Shown: piece by piece, positions 49,005 through 60,714 of the stretch
Layout of the letters: every line of letters begins with the position of its first letter
Numbering within the stretch: the stretch's first letter is position 1
Assembly (NCBI GenBank): GCA_965552135.1
Contig: CBEVQY010000002.1
Location: 64,001 to 128,000, forward strand
Reading direction: 5' to 3'
Origin: an uncultured bacterium
GTDB lineage: Bacteria; UBP14; UBA6098; B30-G16
Length of the DNA stretch: 64,000 nt
Notes under the pieces: generated by a model
What the model was told of the DNA's origin: nothing
The model's database searches: none
What the model saw: the letters and a program-made list of their open reading frames with translations, nothing else
Program-made: the position numbers and the translations under genes

Positions 49005-49766
49005 ATGGAAGAAACCGCCCGCAAAACGCTGGATGCGCTCGTTGAGCAGATAAAGTCGCTTCCCAAAAAGCGGCTTCCGCGGCATGTGGCGATAATCATG
49101 GACGGCAACGGCAGGTGGGCAAAAAAGCACGGGCTGCCGAGAACCGAAGGTCACCGCGCAGGGGTCAAGGCGGTGAAGCGCATAGTCAGGTTCGCGCCGC
49201 AGGTGGGGGTGAAGGTCCTCACGCTCTACACCTTCTCCACCGAAAACTGGCGCCGCCCGGCAGACGAGGTCAAAACGCTTATGGACCTCCTGCGCGAAAC
49301 GACGCTGCGGGAGCTGGGAGAGCTCGTCGAAAACGGCGTAAAACTCGTCGTCTCGGGAAGGTTCAGGGAGCTTCCCTTCCCACAGCGCAGGGCGCTTGAG
49401 TATGCGATGTCGAAAACGGCGCAGGGGAAGACCCTCGTCCTAAACCTCGCCCTAAACTACGGCGGAAGGACCGAGATCACAGACGCCGCAAGGGCGCTGG
49501 CGCTGCTGGCGAAGAAGGGGGAAATATCCCCCGAGCAAATCGACGAAAAGCTTTTCGAAAAGCACCTCTACACCGCAGGTCTGCCAGACCCGGACCTGGT
49601 GATTAGGACGAGCGGGGAGATGAGACTTTCGAACTTTCTGCTTTGGCAAGCCGCGTATGCCGAACTATACTTTACCAAAACCCTCTGGCCCGACTTCGAC
49701 GAGGTCGAGCTCTGCCGCGCGATAATCGATTACTCCAAAAGGGAGAGGCGCTTCGGCGGAGTGTGA
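49005..49766 (+). CDS. uppS: Undecaprenyl diphosphate synthase (cis-prenyltransferase)
   Basis: HVAIIMDGNGRWA, FSTENW.R, NYGGR, IRTSGE.RLSNFLLWQ and RRFG. Confidence 0.96.
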   Translation: MEETARKTLDALVEQIKSLPKKRLPRHVAIIMDGNGRWAKKHGLPRTEGHRAGVKAVKRIVRFAPQVGVKVLTLYTFSTENWRRPADEVKTLMDLLRETTLRELGELVENGVKLVVSGRFRELPFPQRRALEYAMSKTAQGKTLVLNLALNYGGRTEITDAARALALLAKKGEISPEQIDEKLFEKHLYTAGLPDPDLVIRTSGEMRLSNFLLWQAAYAELYFTKTLWPDFDEVELCRAIIDYSKRERRFGGV

Positions 49767-49769
49767 TAG

Positions 49770-50831
49770 ATGGGCGCAGACAGAGTCGAAATAATGGGGA
49801 TCCCGACGGACAGGCTCGGGGAGTGGTTCGAAAGCGTTGGGGAGCGCAGGTTCCGCGCCAAGCAGGTGGCGAAGTGGATATACGACAAGGAGGTCTTCGA
49901 CTTCGAGCGGATGACTGATCTCCCCAAGCCGCTGCGCGCCTTTTTGGCGGAGCACGCCAAGATAAGCCTTCCCGAGGTGGTCGAGGTTGCGCGAGCAGAC
50001 GACGGCGCGGCAAAATTCCTCTTCGAGCTTGATGACGGAAAGAAAACCGAAGCGGTCTACATCCCCGACCCGAGCCGCGACCGCCACACCGTCTGCCTCT
50101 CGTGCCAGGTGGGATGCCGCTGGGGGTGCAGGTTCTGCGCCACGGGAAGGCTTGGATTTATGCGAAACCTCTCGTCTACCGAGATCATCGGGCAGCTCTT
50201 CCACCTGCGAAGCTACATAAGGCTTGGCGGACACAAGCTCTCAAACGTCGTCTTCATGGGCATGGGAGAACCCTTAGACAACACAGAAGCCGTCCTCGAC
50301 GCGATAAAGGTTATCCTCTCGGACTACGGCTTTGGTCTTGGGCACAGGAGGGTCCTTGTGTCCACCGCGGGGATACCTGAGGGCATACGGGCGCTTATGG
50401 AAAGCGGGCTCAAGCCGAAGCTCGCGATATCCCTAAACGCACCCAACAACGAGCTCCGAAGCCGCATCATGCCAATAAACGAAAGATACCCCATAGAGTC
50501 GTGGATCGGGCTTGTCGAGGAATACGCCAACTACTGCCGCAGATGGGTGACGTTCGAGTACGTCCTCTTCGACGGTGTGAACGATTCCCTCACCCACGCC
50601 GACGAGCTTGTGAGGCTCATCAAGGACCTGCCGGCGAAGGTGAACCTCATTCCCTACAACGAGGTTGAGGGCGCAGAGTTTTCCCCGCCGGACGAGAGGA
50701 AGGTCCTCAGGTTCCAAAGCTACCTTCTTTCGAACGGGATAGTTGCGACGATCCGCAAGTCGAAGGGTGGGGATGTTTGCGGTGCGTGTGGTCAGCTTGC
50801 GGGCAAAGCCGTGATGCAGGAGAGAGGCTAA
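49770..50831 (+). CDS. rlmN: Radical SAM 23S rRNA/tRNA m2A methyltransferase RlmN
   Basis: QVGCRWGCRFC, NVVFMGMGEP, VST.G, EY, NLIP.N and ACGQL. Confidence 0.93.
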   Translation: MGADRVEIMGIPTDRLGEWFESVGERRFRAKQVAKWIYDKEVFDFERMTDLPKPLRAFLAEHAKISLPEVVEVARADDGAAKFLFELDDGKKTEAVYIPDPSRDRHTVCLSCQVGCRWGCRFCATGRLGFMRNLSSTEIIGQLFHLRSYIRLGGHKLSNVVFMGMGEPLDNTEAVLDAIKVILSDYGFGLGHRRVLVSTAGIPEGIRALMESGLKPKLAISLNAPNNELRSRIMPINERYPIESWIGLVEEYANYCRRWVTFEYVLFDGVNDSLTHADELVRLIKDLPAKVNLIPYNEVEGAEFSPPDERKVLRFQSYLLSNGIVATIRKSKGGDVCGACGQLAGKAVMQERG

Positions 50832-50856
50832 AAAAACAATAGAAACGGAGGGTTCG

Positions 50857-52126
50857 ATGGAGGTCCAGATAGAGCACCCGAGCCCCGTTGTGGCTGTGGT
50901 CAGGGGCGAGTTTTCGGCCGAAGAGGTATCGCAGAAGGTCGACGACTTCATCGAGCAGATAAGGCGCGAGGTTTTCATCCCCGGCTTTCGCCCCGGGCGA
51001 GCTCCGAAAGCGCTCATAAAAGCTCGCCTCGGCGATGCGTTCAAAAGGGAGCTTGCCGGAAAACTCGTGCAGGAGGTCCTGGAAAAAGCTGTGGAAGAGG
51101 AACCCGACCTCGAAAAACCCCTATACATCGACAACCCCAAACACGACGAGCTTGATGAGGGAAAACCTTTTTCGGTCGAGATCTACATCGAGACGAAGCC
51201 CAAGGTTGAGCTTAAGAAGTACAAGGGTTTCGAGCTGCGCCGCGCCCCCGTGCCCGTGACGGACGAGGAGATCGACGAGGCGATAGACTCCTTCCTCTAC
51301 AGGTACGGCGAGTTTCAGGAGCGGGAGCGCCCCGTCCAGGAGGGCGACTACGTCGAGGTCAAGATTCCCCTCGACGGCGAGCCCGTGCCGATCCTCATCC
51401 CGCTCGACGACCCCGAGTACGCTCAGTTCTTCAAACCCCTCATCTCACACTCCAAGGGGGATCGGGTGACGATCGAGGCTGAGTTTCCCGAGAACTTTCC
51501 CGACAGGCGCCTGCAGGGCAGGGGGGGCAGCTTCGAGGTCGAGATCACGCGGGTGGTCGAGTTCGTAAAGCCCACGCTCGATGAGGAGTTCCTCCAAAAA
51601 AGACTTGGCAAGCCCGAGGGATACACAAAAGACGACTTCCGCAAGGAGGTCGCCGACTACATCCGCCAGCAAAAGCTCAAGAAGGCTGAGGAGGACCTCC
51701 GCGACGCGGTGATAGATGAGCTCGTCAAGGCGAACCCCGTCGAGCTTCCGCCCAAATACGTTGAGATGCGCGCGCAGGAGTTTATGGCGAAAACCTGGGA
51801 CCTCTCGCGGGCAACCGACGAGGAGATAAAACGCCTGCTTGAGGAGATCAAACCCCACGTCGAAAGGCAGGTTGCCTTTGAGTTCATCGCGGAGGCGATA
51901 GCCGAGGCGGAAGGGATAGAGATAAGCGAGAGCGAAGCCGACGACGTTCTGCGGGGGTATTCTGCCCGCGCAGGCGTCGACTTCGAAACGCTAAAAAGGG
52001 TTGCCACAAGCGACCAGGAGGGCTTCTCGCTTCTGAGATCCCGGATGCTTCGCGACAAAGTGGTGGCTAAGGTCCTCGAGACGTGCCGCATAGTCGAATC
52101 GGAACCGCAGGAAGACGAAAAGAAAG

Positions 52127-52134
<8 letters not shown>
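50857..52134 (+). CDS. tig: Trigger factor
   Basis: IPGFRPGRAP signature, FP..FP...L.G and a C-terminal IAEAEGIE. Confidence 0.88.
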
Positions 52135-54023
<1,889 letters not shown>

Positions 54024-54076
54024 AGCTCGGCTTCCAAAGTCCCTTAGCGCGCCCAAAGCGCAACCCCAAAAAACAT

Positions 54077-54104
54077 TTGCGGCGACTAATGAATTTCGTA
54101 TACT
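54077..54104 (+). promoter_or_regulatory. Putative sigma70 promoter for the surface-protein operon
   Basis: TTGCGG-N16-TATACT, then GGAGGT before the ATG at 54136. Confidence 0.55.
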
Positions 54105-54135
54105 GTAATTTGTGGAAATGGCTGGGAGGTTGTAA

Positions 54136-57100
54136 ATGAATAAAATTGGGCGGTTGCTTTTGTTGCTTTTCGCAGGGGGGGGACTTTTATACGCTCAGCT
54201 CAGCTGTGGCTTTGTTGTTGATCTTTCTCCGCCGTATCTGGACGTTGGCGCGGGAGGATTTTATCCCGCCGACGGTGAGACCGTTTCGGTGCCGTCTGTT
54301 ACTTTTGGAGCACACATTTCCGACGACGGCGCCGGCGTTTGGTACGACTACACATCCTCGCTTTCGGAGTGGGGCGGAAGCTGTCCGAGCCCTGCAACGT
54401 ACATCCGCTGGTCGGTCAACGGCGGAGCTTTCGACACCCTCTGGGGCGCCACAGAGGCAACACAAACCTTCAGCCCGGGCGATACCATCACCGCCTGCAT
54501 ACACGCAATAGACGAAATCCACGACTACGGATGTTCGTGCTGCCCAAACGAGTTCGACACATGCTGGACGTTTTACATCCTTGCCTGCGATAGCTTCTGG
54601 GCTGAGAACACGTGCCCCGACAGCTGCGGGATCGCCACATCGTGCATCGACCAGCAGATGGACGTCGTCATCCATCCCTACCCTGGCATCACGGGAACGC
54701 TCCCCGCGGACCAGATCCAGATAGACGTTTACGTCAACGGTGCCTTCGTTGCGGGTGGCACCGCCGACGCTGTGGGCTGGGCGAGCCTCGTCGACTCAGT
54801 ACTCACCATATTCCCGCCCACCGGAAGCTGGAACCACGGCGACACGGTGAGCATTTGGCTCTACTCGCTCACAGATTGCCCCAAGCTCGATTCCTTCTTC
54901 TGCGGCTTTGTGGTCGACACCGTTGCACCTGAGCTTGTGAGCCATTCCCCTGCGCTTGGGGAGACGTTGACAAGCGCAGTCGTTACCATAAGCGGCTCGA
55001 TATTCGACGATTTCGTCGGCGTTGCCGTGGGGTCGACGTGGGTGGCGATAACAACTTACGACTCCACGGGAACACCAACGAACTACGACACGGTCTACGG
55101 GCTGGGCGATAACTTTTCGATCAACAGAACTTTTGCAAGCGGCGATTCGGTCGTCGTCTGCGTTCACGCCGTGGATAACGTCTACCTCCAGCCTCTTTGC
55201 ACGTGCCCGCCAAACGAGCTTGATAGCTGCTGGTGGTTCAGGGTCCTCATAAGCGAGCCTTTCGGCTGGGTGGTTATCCCTATCGACTCGAACATGGACG
55301 GCATGGTTGTGAGCGCCTGCGACGACCAGAACATCATAATCCGCGTCTACGACAGCCACGGCATGCTCGCTTCGCCCGTGCGCCTTTGGGTGGAAGGGGT
55401 TCCCTACACCGACGCCGACGTCGGGATAATATCCACCGCCCTCTACGGCACCGACAACGAGACTCTGGAGGTCATCTTCGACCCCGTCGCCGCAGGTCTC
55501 ACATGGAGCGACGGGATGTGGGTTCACTTCAGCCTCGACAGCGCCGTAAACGTTCTTGGCTTCAACATCGTCGCGCCGGTGGTCGATTCGTTTTTGGTTG
55601 ATCTTTCGCCGCCTTTCTTCACGGGACTCCTTCCCGCCGACGGGACTATACTCTGCGCGTCGTCCGTCACGGTAAGCGCGGCCACCTACGATTCCATATG
55701 CGCCGGCAACGTCGCCATCGATTCGGTGCACATATCGGGCGTTCAGGGAGGCTCACCCGTCGACTACTGGCTTGACCCCACAATGCTGGGAATGCCGTCG
55801 TTCTCGTACGACATCACGGGGCTTGCCAACTACGATTCGCTTACCATCTGCGCCTATGCAACTGATCTGTGCCACGACTACTGCGGACCCAACGTTGGCG
55901 ACACGTGCTGGACGTTTACGGTCCTCTGCGGCGAGATAAGCGCGGAGCTTGTTGAACCCATCGACACCAACGCGGACGGTCGGGTCATCTCCGACTGCGA
56001 CGACCAGAGGATAATCTGGGTCATAAACCACACGCAGCCGCTCGATACCTCGAGCATATCGGTCGAGGTCTGCGGCGCTGTGTACACATATCCCGATCAC
56101 CTCACCTTCTCCAACGACACGCTCTACTTCACGCCGGATCCCCTTTGGTCCGATGGTGACAGCTGTGGTTTCTGTCTGAACTATGTTGCCGACGCGACGG
56201 GTTCGACCCTTCCCGAGCCAGTTTGCGGCTGGGTTTTGATAGATCTTTCGCCGCCGGTGTTTGAGATTGTTGCGGGTCCTGTTGATGGGGACACGGTTTA
56301 TTCGGGCGATGTGACGGGCGCGGTCTCGGCGTTCGACTCCATCTGCGGCGCCGCCGACATCGACTCGATCACTGTCACGACGAGCGTGAGTGGCTCGAGC
56401 TGGGTTTTCGTCGACTCGACGTATTCGATTGGCGGGCTTGTTGACGGCGACGTTGTCACCGTTTGCGCCTACGCTCACGATGACTGCGCCGACTACTGCG
56501 GACCGAATTACGGCGACACGTGCTGGAGCCTTGTCGCCGCCATAGGCGCGGTAAGCGCAACGGTGGTTGAGCCTGTGGACCTCAACGGCGACAGCATCGC
56601 CATATCGACCTGCGACGACCAGAGAATTCTGTGGGTTTTGGAGCACACCTACGATCTCGTTCCCGAGTCGCTTGTTGTCGAGGTTTGCGGCAGCACCTAC
56701 GTTTGGGGCGACCCCCATCTTTCGCTTTCGGGCGATACGCTTATCTGGGATCCCTCGCCCGATCTCCTCTGGGGCGACAGCGCCTTCTGCACGTTCTGCG
56801 TACTGCAGGCGTACGACGTTACGGGCGCCTTTCTTGCGGAGGCTGTTTGCGGCTCGGTTCTTATTGACCTTTCGGCGCCGGTGCTTTTGAGCGCATCGCC
56901 TCCTCCGGGCGGTTCGGTCTTCGACACGGTCGCGACGATAACCGCCGTCTTCGAGGATGAGATCTGCGACAGCTACGCCGTCGACAGCGTTTGGGCGCAG
57001 GCGAGCGAAAGCGGAGCAACCGCAGAGGCGGATTCGTTCCCGCTTGAGATATCTGGTCTCGTCGACGGCGATAGCGTAACGGTCTGTGCGATAGTGCACG

Positions 57101-60100
57101 ACCTTTGCGAGGACTACTGCGGCCCCAACTACGACACGATCTGCTGGTGGTTCGAGGCGATTCTCGGCGAGCCCAACGGTGTCGTCCTAATCCCCGTCGA
57201 CCTAAACGGCGATGGGCGCACCATCTCTGCCTGCACCACGCAGGTGATAACGATAGGGCTTTTCGACGACGATGGGATGGACCCCGACACGACGATCCAC
57301 CTGCACATAGATGAGCTTGGCGCCGACTACTACAACGCTGATCTTGAGCTTGTTTCTGGTGCGGGCGGCGATTCGCTTTACGTCACCTTCGACCCGAGCG
57401 CCCACGGAGCAGACTGGTCGGCGTTTGACGGCGAGTGGGTGCACTTTGTGCTCGACACTGCGTACGACATCTACGGTTTCCTGCTTGTATCGCCCGTGGT
57501 TGACTCGTTCCTTGTGGATCTTTCGCCGCCTGTGTTTTCCGGCATGACGCCTGTGGGGACGATAACGAGCGCTTCTGCGGCGATATCGGTTTTGGCGACG
57601 GACGCTGTCTGCGGGGATGCCGTTGCGGACTCGCTTGTGGTCACTTCGACTGTTTCGGGGATCGACACGACGATCGTGGGGGCGCTTTCGGGCGTGGTTT
57701 CGGGCTTTGTTGACGGCGACGTTGTCACCGTTTGCGCCTACGCCCACGACGCCTGCGCCGACTACTGCGGACCGAACTACGGCGACACGTGCTGGACGTT
57801 TGATGTGTCCATTGGCGCTGTCAGCGCCGAGCTTATAGAGCCTGTCGATCTCAACGGGGACGGCAGGGTAATATCGGACTGCGCCGACCAGGGGATTCGA
57901 TGGGTTATAAGCCACGAGTATCCGCTTGTTCCCGAGTCGCTTGCGGTGGAGGTTTGCGGCAGCACCTACGTTTGGGGCGACCCCGAGCTTTCACTTGTGG
58001 GAGACACGTTGATTTGGACGCCGAGCGCTCTGTGGAGCGACGGCGACAGCTGTGGCTTCTGCCTCACAAGCGCCTGGGATAACACGGGTGGCTCCCTCGA
58101 ATCGCCCGTGTGCGGATGGGTTTTGATAGACCTCTCTCCGCCTGTGTTTGTCGGCGAGACGCCGCCCGACGGGAGCGTCATTCTTGCCGACAGCGTGTTC
58201 GTTTCGGTCTTCGCCACCGACTCCATCTGCGGCGATATGGGCACGGTGTACGACTCCCTCGTCATAGACAACATCGTGTCGGGGGATCACGTAGTTTTGA
58301 CGGTCTTCGTTGGTGATTCGATGAGTTACTCGCTCACTGACCTTGAGGACGGCGATACCGTTGTGGTTTGCGCCTATGCGCACGACGCCTGCGCCGACTA
58401 CTGCGGACCGAACTACGGCAGCGACTGCTGGGAGTTTTACATCTTCCTTGGAGCGGTTCGGGCGTCGGTAATAGCGCCTGTGGACTTAAACGGCGACGGC
58501 TGCATTGAGAGCTCGTGTCCGTGCCAGCCGATATCGTGGCGGGTGTGGTCGCAGCACTGGTTCGACACCACGAACCTTGTGGTCGAGGTAGACGGCATGA
58601 CGTTCGACTGGAGCTCTGGGGCTTTGACGCTTACCGCCGAGGACGAAACCACCGCCACACTCACCTTCGATCCCGCTGTGGCGGGGACGTGCTGGTACGA
58701 GAACTGCTACGTCGTCGATTTCTCCGTCGTGACGCTCATCGACACACTCGGCACGGACTCTCTGCCGGCGCCTATTGGCGGAAGCTTTGTCGTTCTCACC
58801 GAGCCGCCGGCGGTAAGCTTCTCTCCCGCACCGCCCGAAACGGCTGAGTGCATAGACACACTCGTCGTCGACGTTGGTGTGTCGCATCCGTGCGCATGCT
58901 CGATAGAGGAGTACCTGGGCATCTCCGTTGACGGCACGCTCATCGACGCCTGGGACTCCGTGGGGACCGTGGTTTTGCCCGTCACATCGGGCGACACCGT
59001 TTGCATAACGGTTTGGGGCATGGTGGACCACGACTACATGTGCGATTCCCTGAGGTTCGGCGCCGACACGTGCTGGTATATCTGGTGTCCGTGCGAGCTT
59101 GTGCTTTTTGGCGGACCTGATCAGACCTCGTGCCCCGGCGCCGATGTTATCCTCGGGTGCGACCCGCTTGTGTCGGGGACGTACGACAGCGTTTCGGTGG
59201 AGTGGTATCTTCTGGGCGAGTCCACGCCGTTCAGCACCGAGCCGAACCCCACGGTGACCCCCGAGACGACGACCGTCTACGTTGTGCACGCCAGGGCATA
59301 CTGCGCCAGCGGAGACGTCATCGACGCCTACGACACCGTTGTGGTTACGATCGACTTTTCGGCGGCAAGCTCGCCGAGCATAACCCAGCCTGGCGACGGG
59401 ACGGTCCTGAGCGCTGGAACGAACACCCTCACCTGGACCGCATCGAGCGGGACAGAGCCTGTGTACTACGCCGTTTTCATAAACGGCGCCGTTGCGGCGG
59501 ACTCGCTTGCCGACACAACGTTCGAATTCAACATAAACTGCGACGAGACCCTGACGATAACGATCGCCGCCTACAACCAGTGCTTCTACGCGCTTGACGG
59601 CAGCTGCAATCCTGCTGTGGACACGACGCTGCAGAGCACGGGCGCGGTGTACGCGTACTCGGAGACGATAACGGTCATAGGCGAGCCTTGCGGCGCTCCC
59701 CTCGCCGAACCGATCTACCCGCCGCCGCTTATAATCTCCGCCTGCCCGGACGAGAGCGTAAAGTTCGTCATATGGGATGCCGCTGGCGTTGCGCTAAGGC
59801 CGTGGACGCTGCAGATCCAGATCGGAGCCAGCACGTACGACACATCGGCAAGCTTTATCACCTACACTGCGATTCGCCCCGACAGCGGCGTCGTGACCAT
59901 CCTGCCGCCCGCGGGAAGCTGGAACGACAACGACACGATAACGGTGAGCGTGATCTACATCGAAAACGAGTTCGACGTTGCGCTTTCGTCGGTGGCATCG
60001 CTCACTTTCTACACCGACCAGAGCCCGCCGGTGGCGCAGCTTACGTATCCCTTGCCGGGCGAAGCCGCGGAGGACCACACGCCGAACATCGTGATCTCCG

Positions 60101-60660
60101 TTGGCGACAACCTAAGCGGGGTTGAGCCCGACTCGTTTGTGGTGGAGATCCAGACGACGACGGGCAGGATAGATACGATACTCGACGCAAGCGCCCTTTC
60201 GTGGGACGGCTCGAACCTTTCGTTCGACTGCGAGGCGGCTGGGATAATCTTCGCCGACGGCGAGACGATAAGTGTAAGCGTCCTTGTGACCTGCGACAGA
60301 GTCGACTCCCTCTACTGCGGACCCAACTGCGCCTCCTACAGCTTCTGGTTCTACTACCCGCTCACCTACAGCTGCGACAGGATCCCCAACCCGTTCACGC
60401 CCAACGCCGACGGTGCAAACGACATCTGCCAGTTCACATTCCCCGACCTCGGCGAGAAGGACGGAACGATCTACATCTACGATCTGCACGGCGTTTTTGT
60501 GAGGGAGCTTGACGTTCCTGCGGGTCCTGGCGCGAAGGAGGCTGCCCGCTGGGACGGAACGGACAAAAACGGCAACGCCGTGTGCGAGGGGCTTTACATC
60601 TACGTCATCGAGGTGGACGGTGAGATCGTTTGCGAGGGGACGGTCACCGTTGCGCGATGA
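54136..60660 (+). CDS. Large Cys/Asp-rich repetitive surface protein with a T9SS type-B (gliding-motility-associated) CTD
   Basis: Signal peptide cleaved probably before Gln (LYA-Q), ~210-aa Ig-like repeats, and a C-terminus IPNPFTPNADG.ND...IYD.HG...WDG...G.YIY.....G.VT..R. Confidence 0.88.
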   Translation: MNKIGRLLLLLFAGGGLLYAQLSCGFVVDLSPPYLDVGAGGFYPADGETVSVPSVTFGAHISDDGAGVWYDYTSSLSEWGGSCPSPATYIRWSVNGGAFDTLWGATEATQTFSPGDTITACIHAIDEIHDYGCSCCPNEFDTCWTFYILACDSFWAENTCPDSCGIATSCIDQQMDVVIHPYPGITGTLPADQIQIDVYVNGAFVAGGTADAVGWASLVDSVLTIFPPTGSWNHGDTVSIWLYSLTDCPKLDSFFCGFVVDTVAPELVSHSPALGETLTSAVVTISGSIFDDFVGVAVGSTWVAITTYDSTGTPTNYDTVYGLGDNFSINRTFASGDSVVVCVHAVDNVYLQPLCTCPPNELDSCWWFRVLISEPFGWVVIPIDSNMDGMVVSACDDQNIIIRVYDSHGMLASPVRLWVEGVPYTDADVGIISTALYGTDNETLEVIFDPVAAGLTWSDGMWVHFSLDSAVNVLGFNIVAPVVDSFLVDLSPPFFTGLLPADGTILCASSVTVSAATYDSICAGNVAIDSVHISGVQGGSPVDYWLDPTMLGMPSFSYDITGLANYDSLTICAYATDLCHDYCGPNVGDTCWTFTVLCGEISAELVEPIDTNADGRVISDCDDQRIIWVINHTQPLDTSSISVEVCGAVYTYPDHLTFSNDTLYFTPDPLWSDGDSCGFCLNYVADATGSTLPEPVCGWVLIDLSPPVFEIVAGPVDGDTVYSGDVTGAVSAFDSICGAADIDSITVTTSVSGSSWVFVDSTYSIGGLVDGDVVTVCAYAHDDCADYCGPNYGDTCWSLVAAIGAVSATVVEPVDLNGDSIAISTCDDQRILWVLEHTYDLVPESLVVEVCGSTYVWGDPHLSLSGDTLIWDPSPDLLWGDSAFCTFCVLQAYDVTGAFLAEAVCGSVLIDLSAPVLLSASPPPGGSVFDTVATITAVFEDEICDSYAVDSVWAQASESGATAEADSFPLEISGLVDGDSVTVCAIVHDLCEDYCGPNYDTICWWFEAILGEPNGVVLIPVDLNGDGRTISACTTQVITIGLFDDDGMDPDTTIHLHIDELGADYYNADLELVSGAGGDSLYVTFDPSAHGADWSAFDGEWVHFVLDTAYDIYGFLLVSPVVDSFLVDLSPPVFSGMTPVGTITSASAAISVLATDAVCGDAVADSLVVTSTVSGIDTTIVGALSGVVSGFVDGDVVTVCAYAHDACADYCGPNYGDTCWTFDVSIGAVSAELIEPVDLNGDGRVISDCADQGIRWVISHEYPLVPESLAVEVCGSTYVWGDPELSLVGDTLIWTPSALWSDGDSCGFCLTSAWDNTGGSLESPVCGWVLIDLSPPVFVGETPPDGSVILADSVFVSVFATDSICGDMGTVYDSLVIDNIVSGDHVVLTVFVGDSMSYSLTDLEDGDTVVVCAYAHDACADYCGPNYGSDCWEFYIFLGAVRASVIAPVDLNGDGCIESSCPCQPISWRVWSQHWFDTTNLVVEVDGMTFDWSSGALTLTAEDETTATLTFDPAVAGTCWYENCYVVDFSVVTLIDTLGTDSLPAPIGGSFVVLTEPPAVSFSPAPPETAECIDTLVVDVGVSHPCACSIEEYLGISVDGTLIDAWDSVGTVVLPVTSGDTVCITVWGMVDHDYMCDSLRFGADTCWYIWCPCELVLFGGPDQTSCPGADVILGCDPLVSGTYDSVSVEWYLLGESTPFSTEPNPTVTPETTTVYVVHARAYCASGDVIDAYDTVVVTIDFSAASSPSITQPGDGTVLSAGTNTLTWTASSGTEPVYYAVFINGAVAADSLADTTFEFNINCDETLTITIAAYNQCFYALDGSCNPAVDTTLQSTGAVYAYSETITVIGEPCGAPLAEPIYPPPLIISACPDESVKFVIWDAAGVALRPWTLQIQIGASTYDTSASFITYTAIRPDSGVVTILPPAGSWNDNDTITVSVIYIENEFDVALSSVASLTFYTDQSPPVAQLTYPLPGEAAEDHTPNIVISVGDNLSGVEPDSFVVEIQTTTGRIDTILDASALSWDGSNLSFDCEAAGIIFADGETISVSVLVTCDRVDSLYCGPNCASYSFWFYYPLTYSCDRIPNPFTPNADGANDICQFTFPDLGEKDGTIYIYDLHGVFVRELDVPAGPGAKEAARWDGTDKNGNAVCEGLYIYVIEVDGEIVCEGTVTVAR
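54205..59080 (+). repeat. Tandem ~615-650-nt modules carrying the motifs DxNxDG, DLSPP and DYCGPN..D.CW
   Basis: GACTACTGCGG occurs at 55876, 56491, 57112, 57760 and 58396, with more diverged copies on either side. Confidence 0.85.
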
Positions 60661-60714
60661 TGCGCAAAGCACTCTGCCGACAAAAACGAGCTTGAGAATA
60701 ATCACGGAAGGGGG

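Noticed and set aside
55870..58430. Diversity-generating retroelement template/variable repeats
   Set aside because: All copies are in-frame coding modules, the mismatches are mostly synonymous C/T rather than adenine-specific, and no reverse transcriptase is present.
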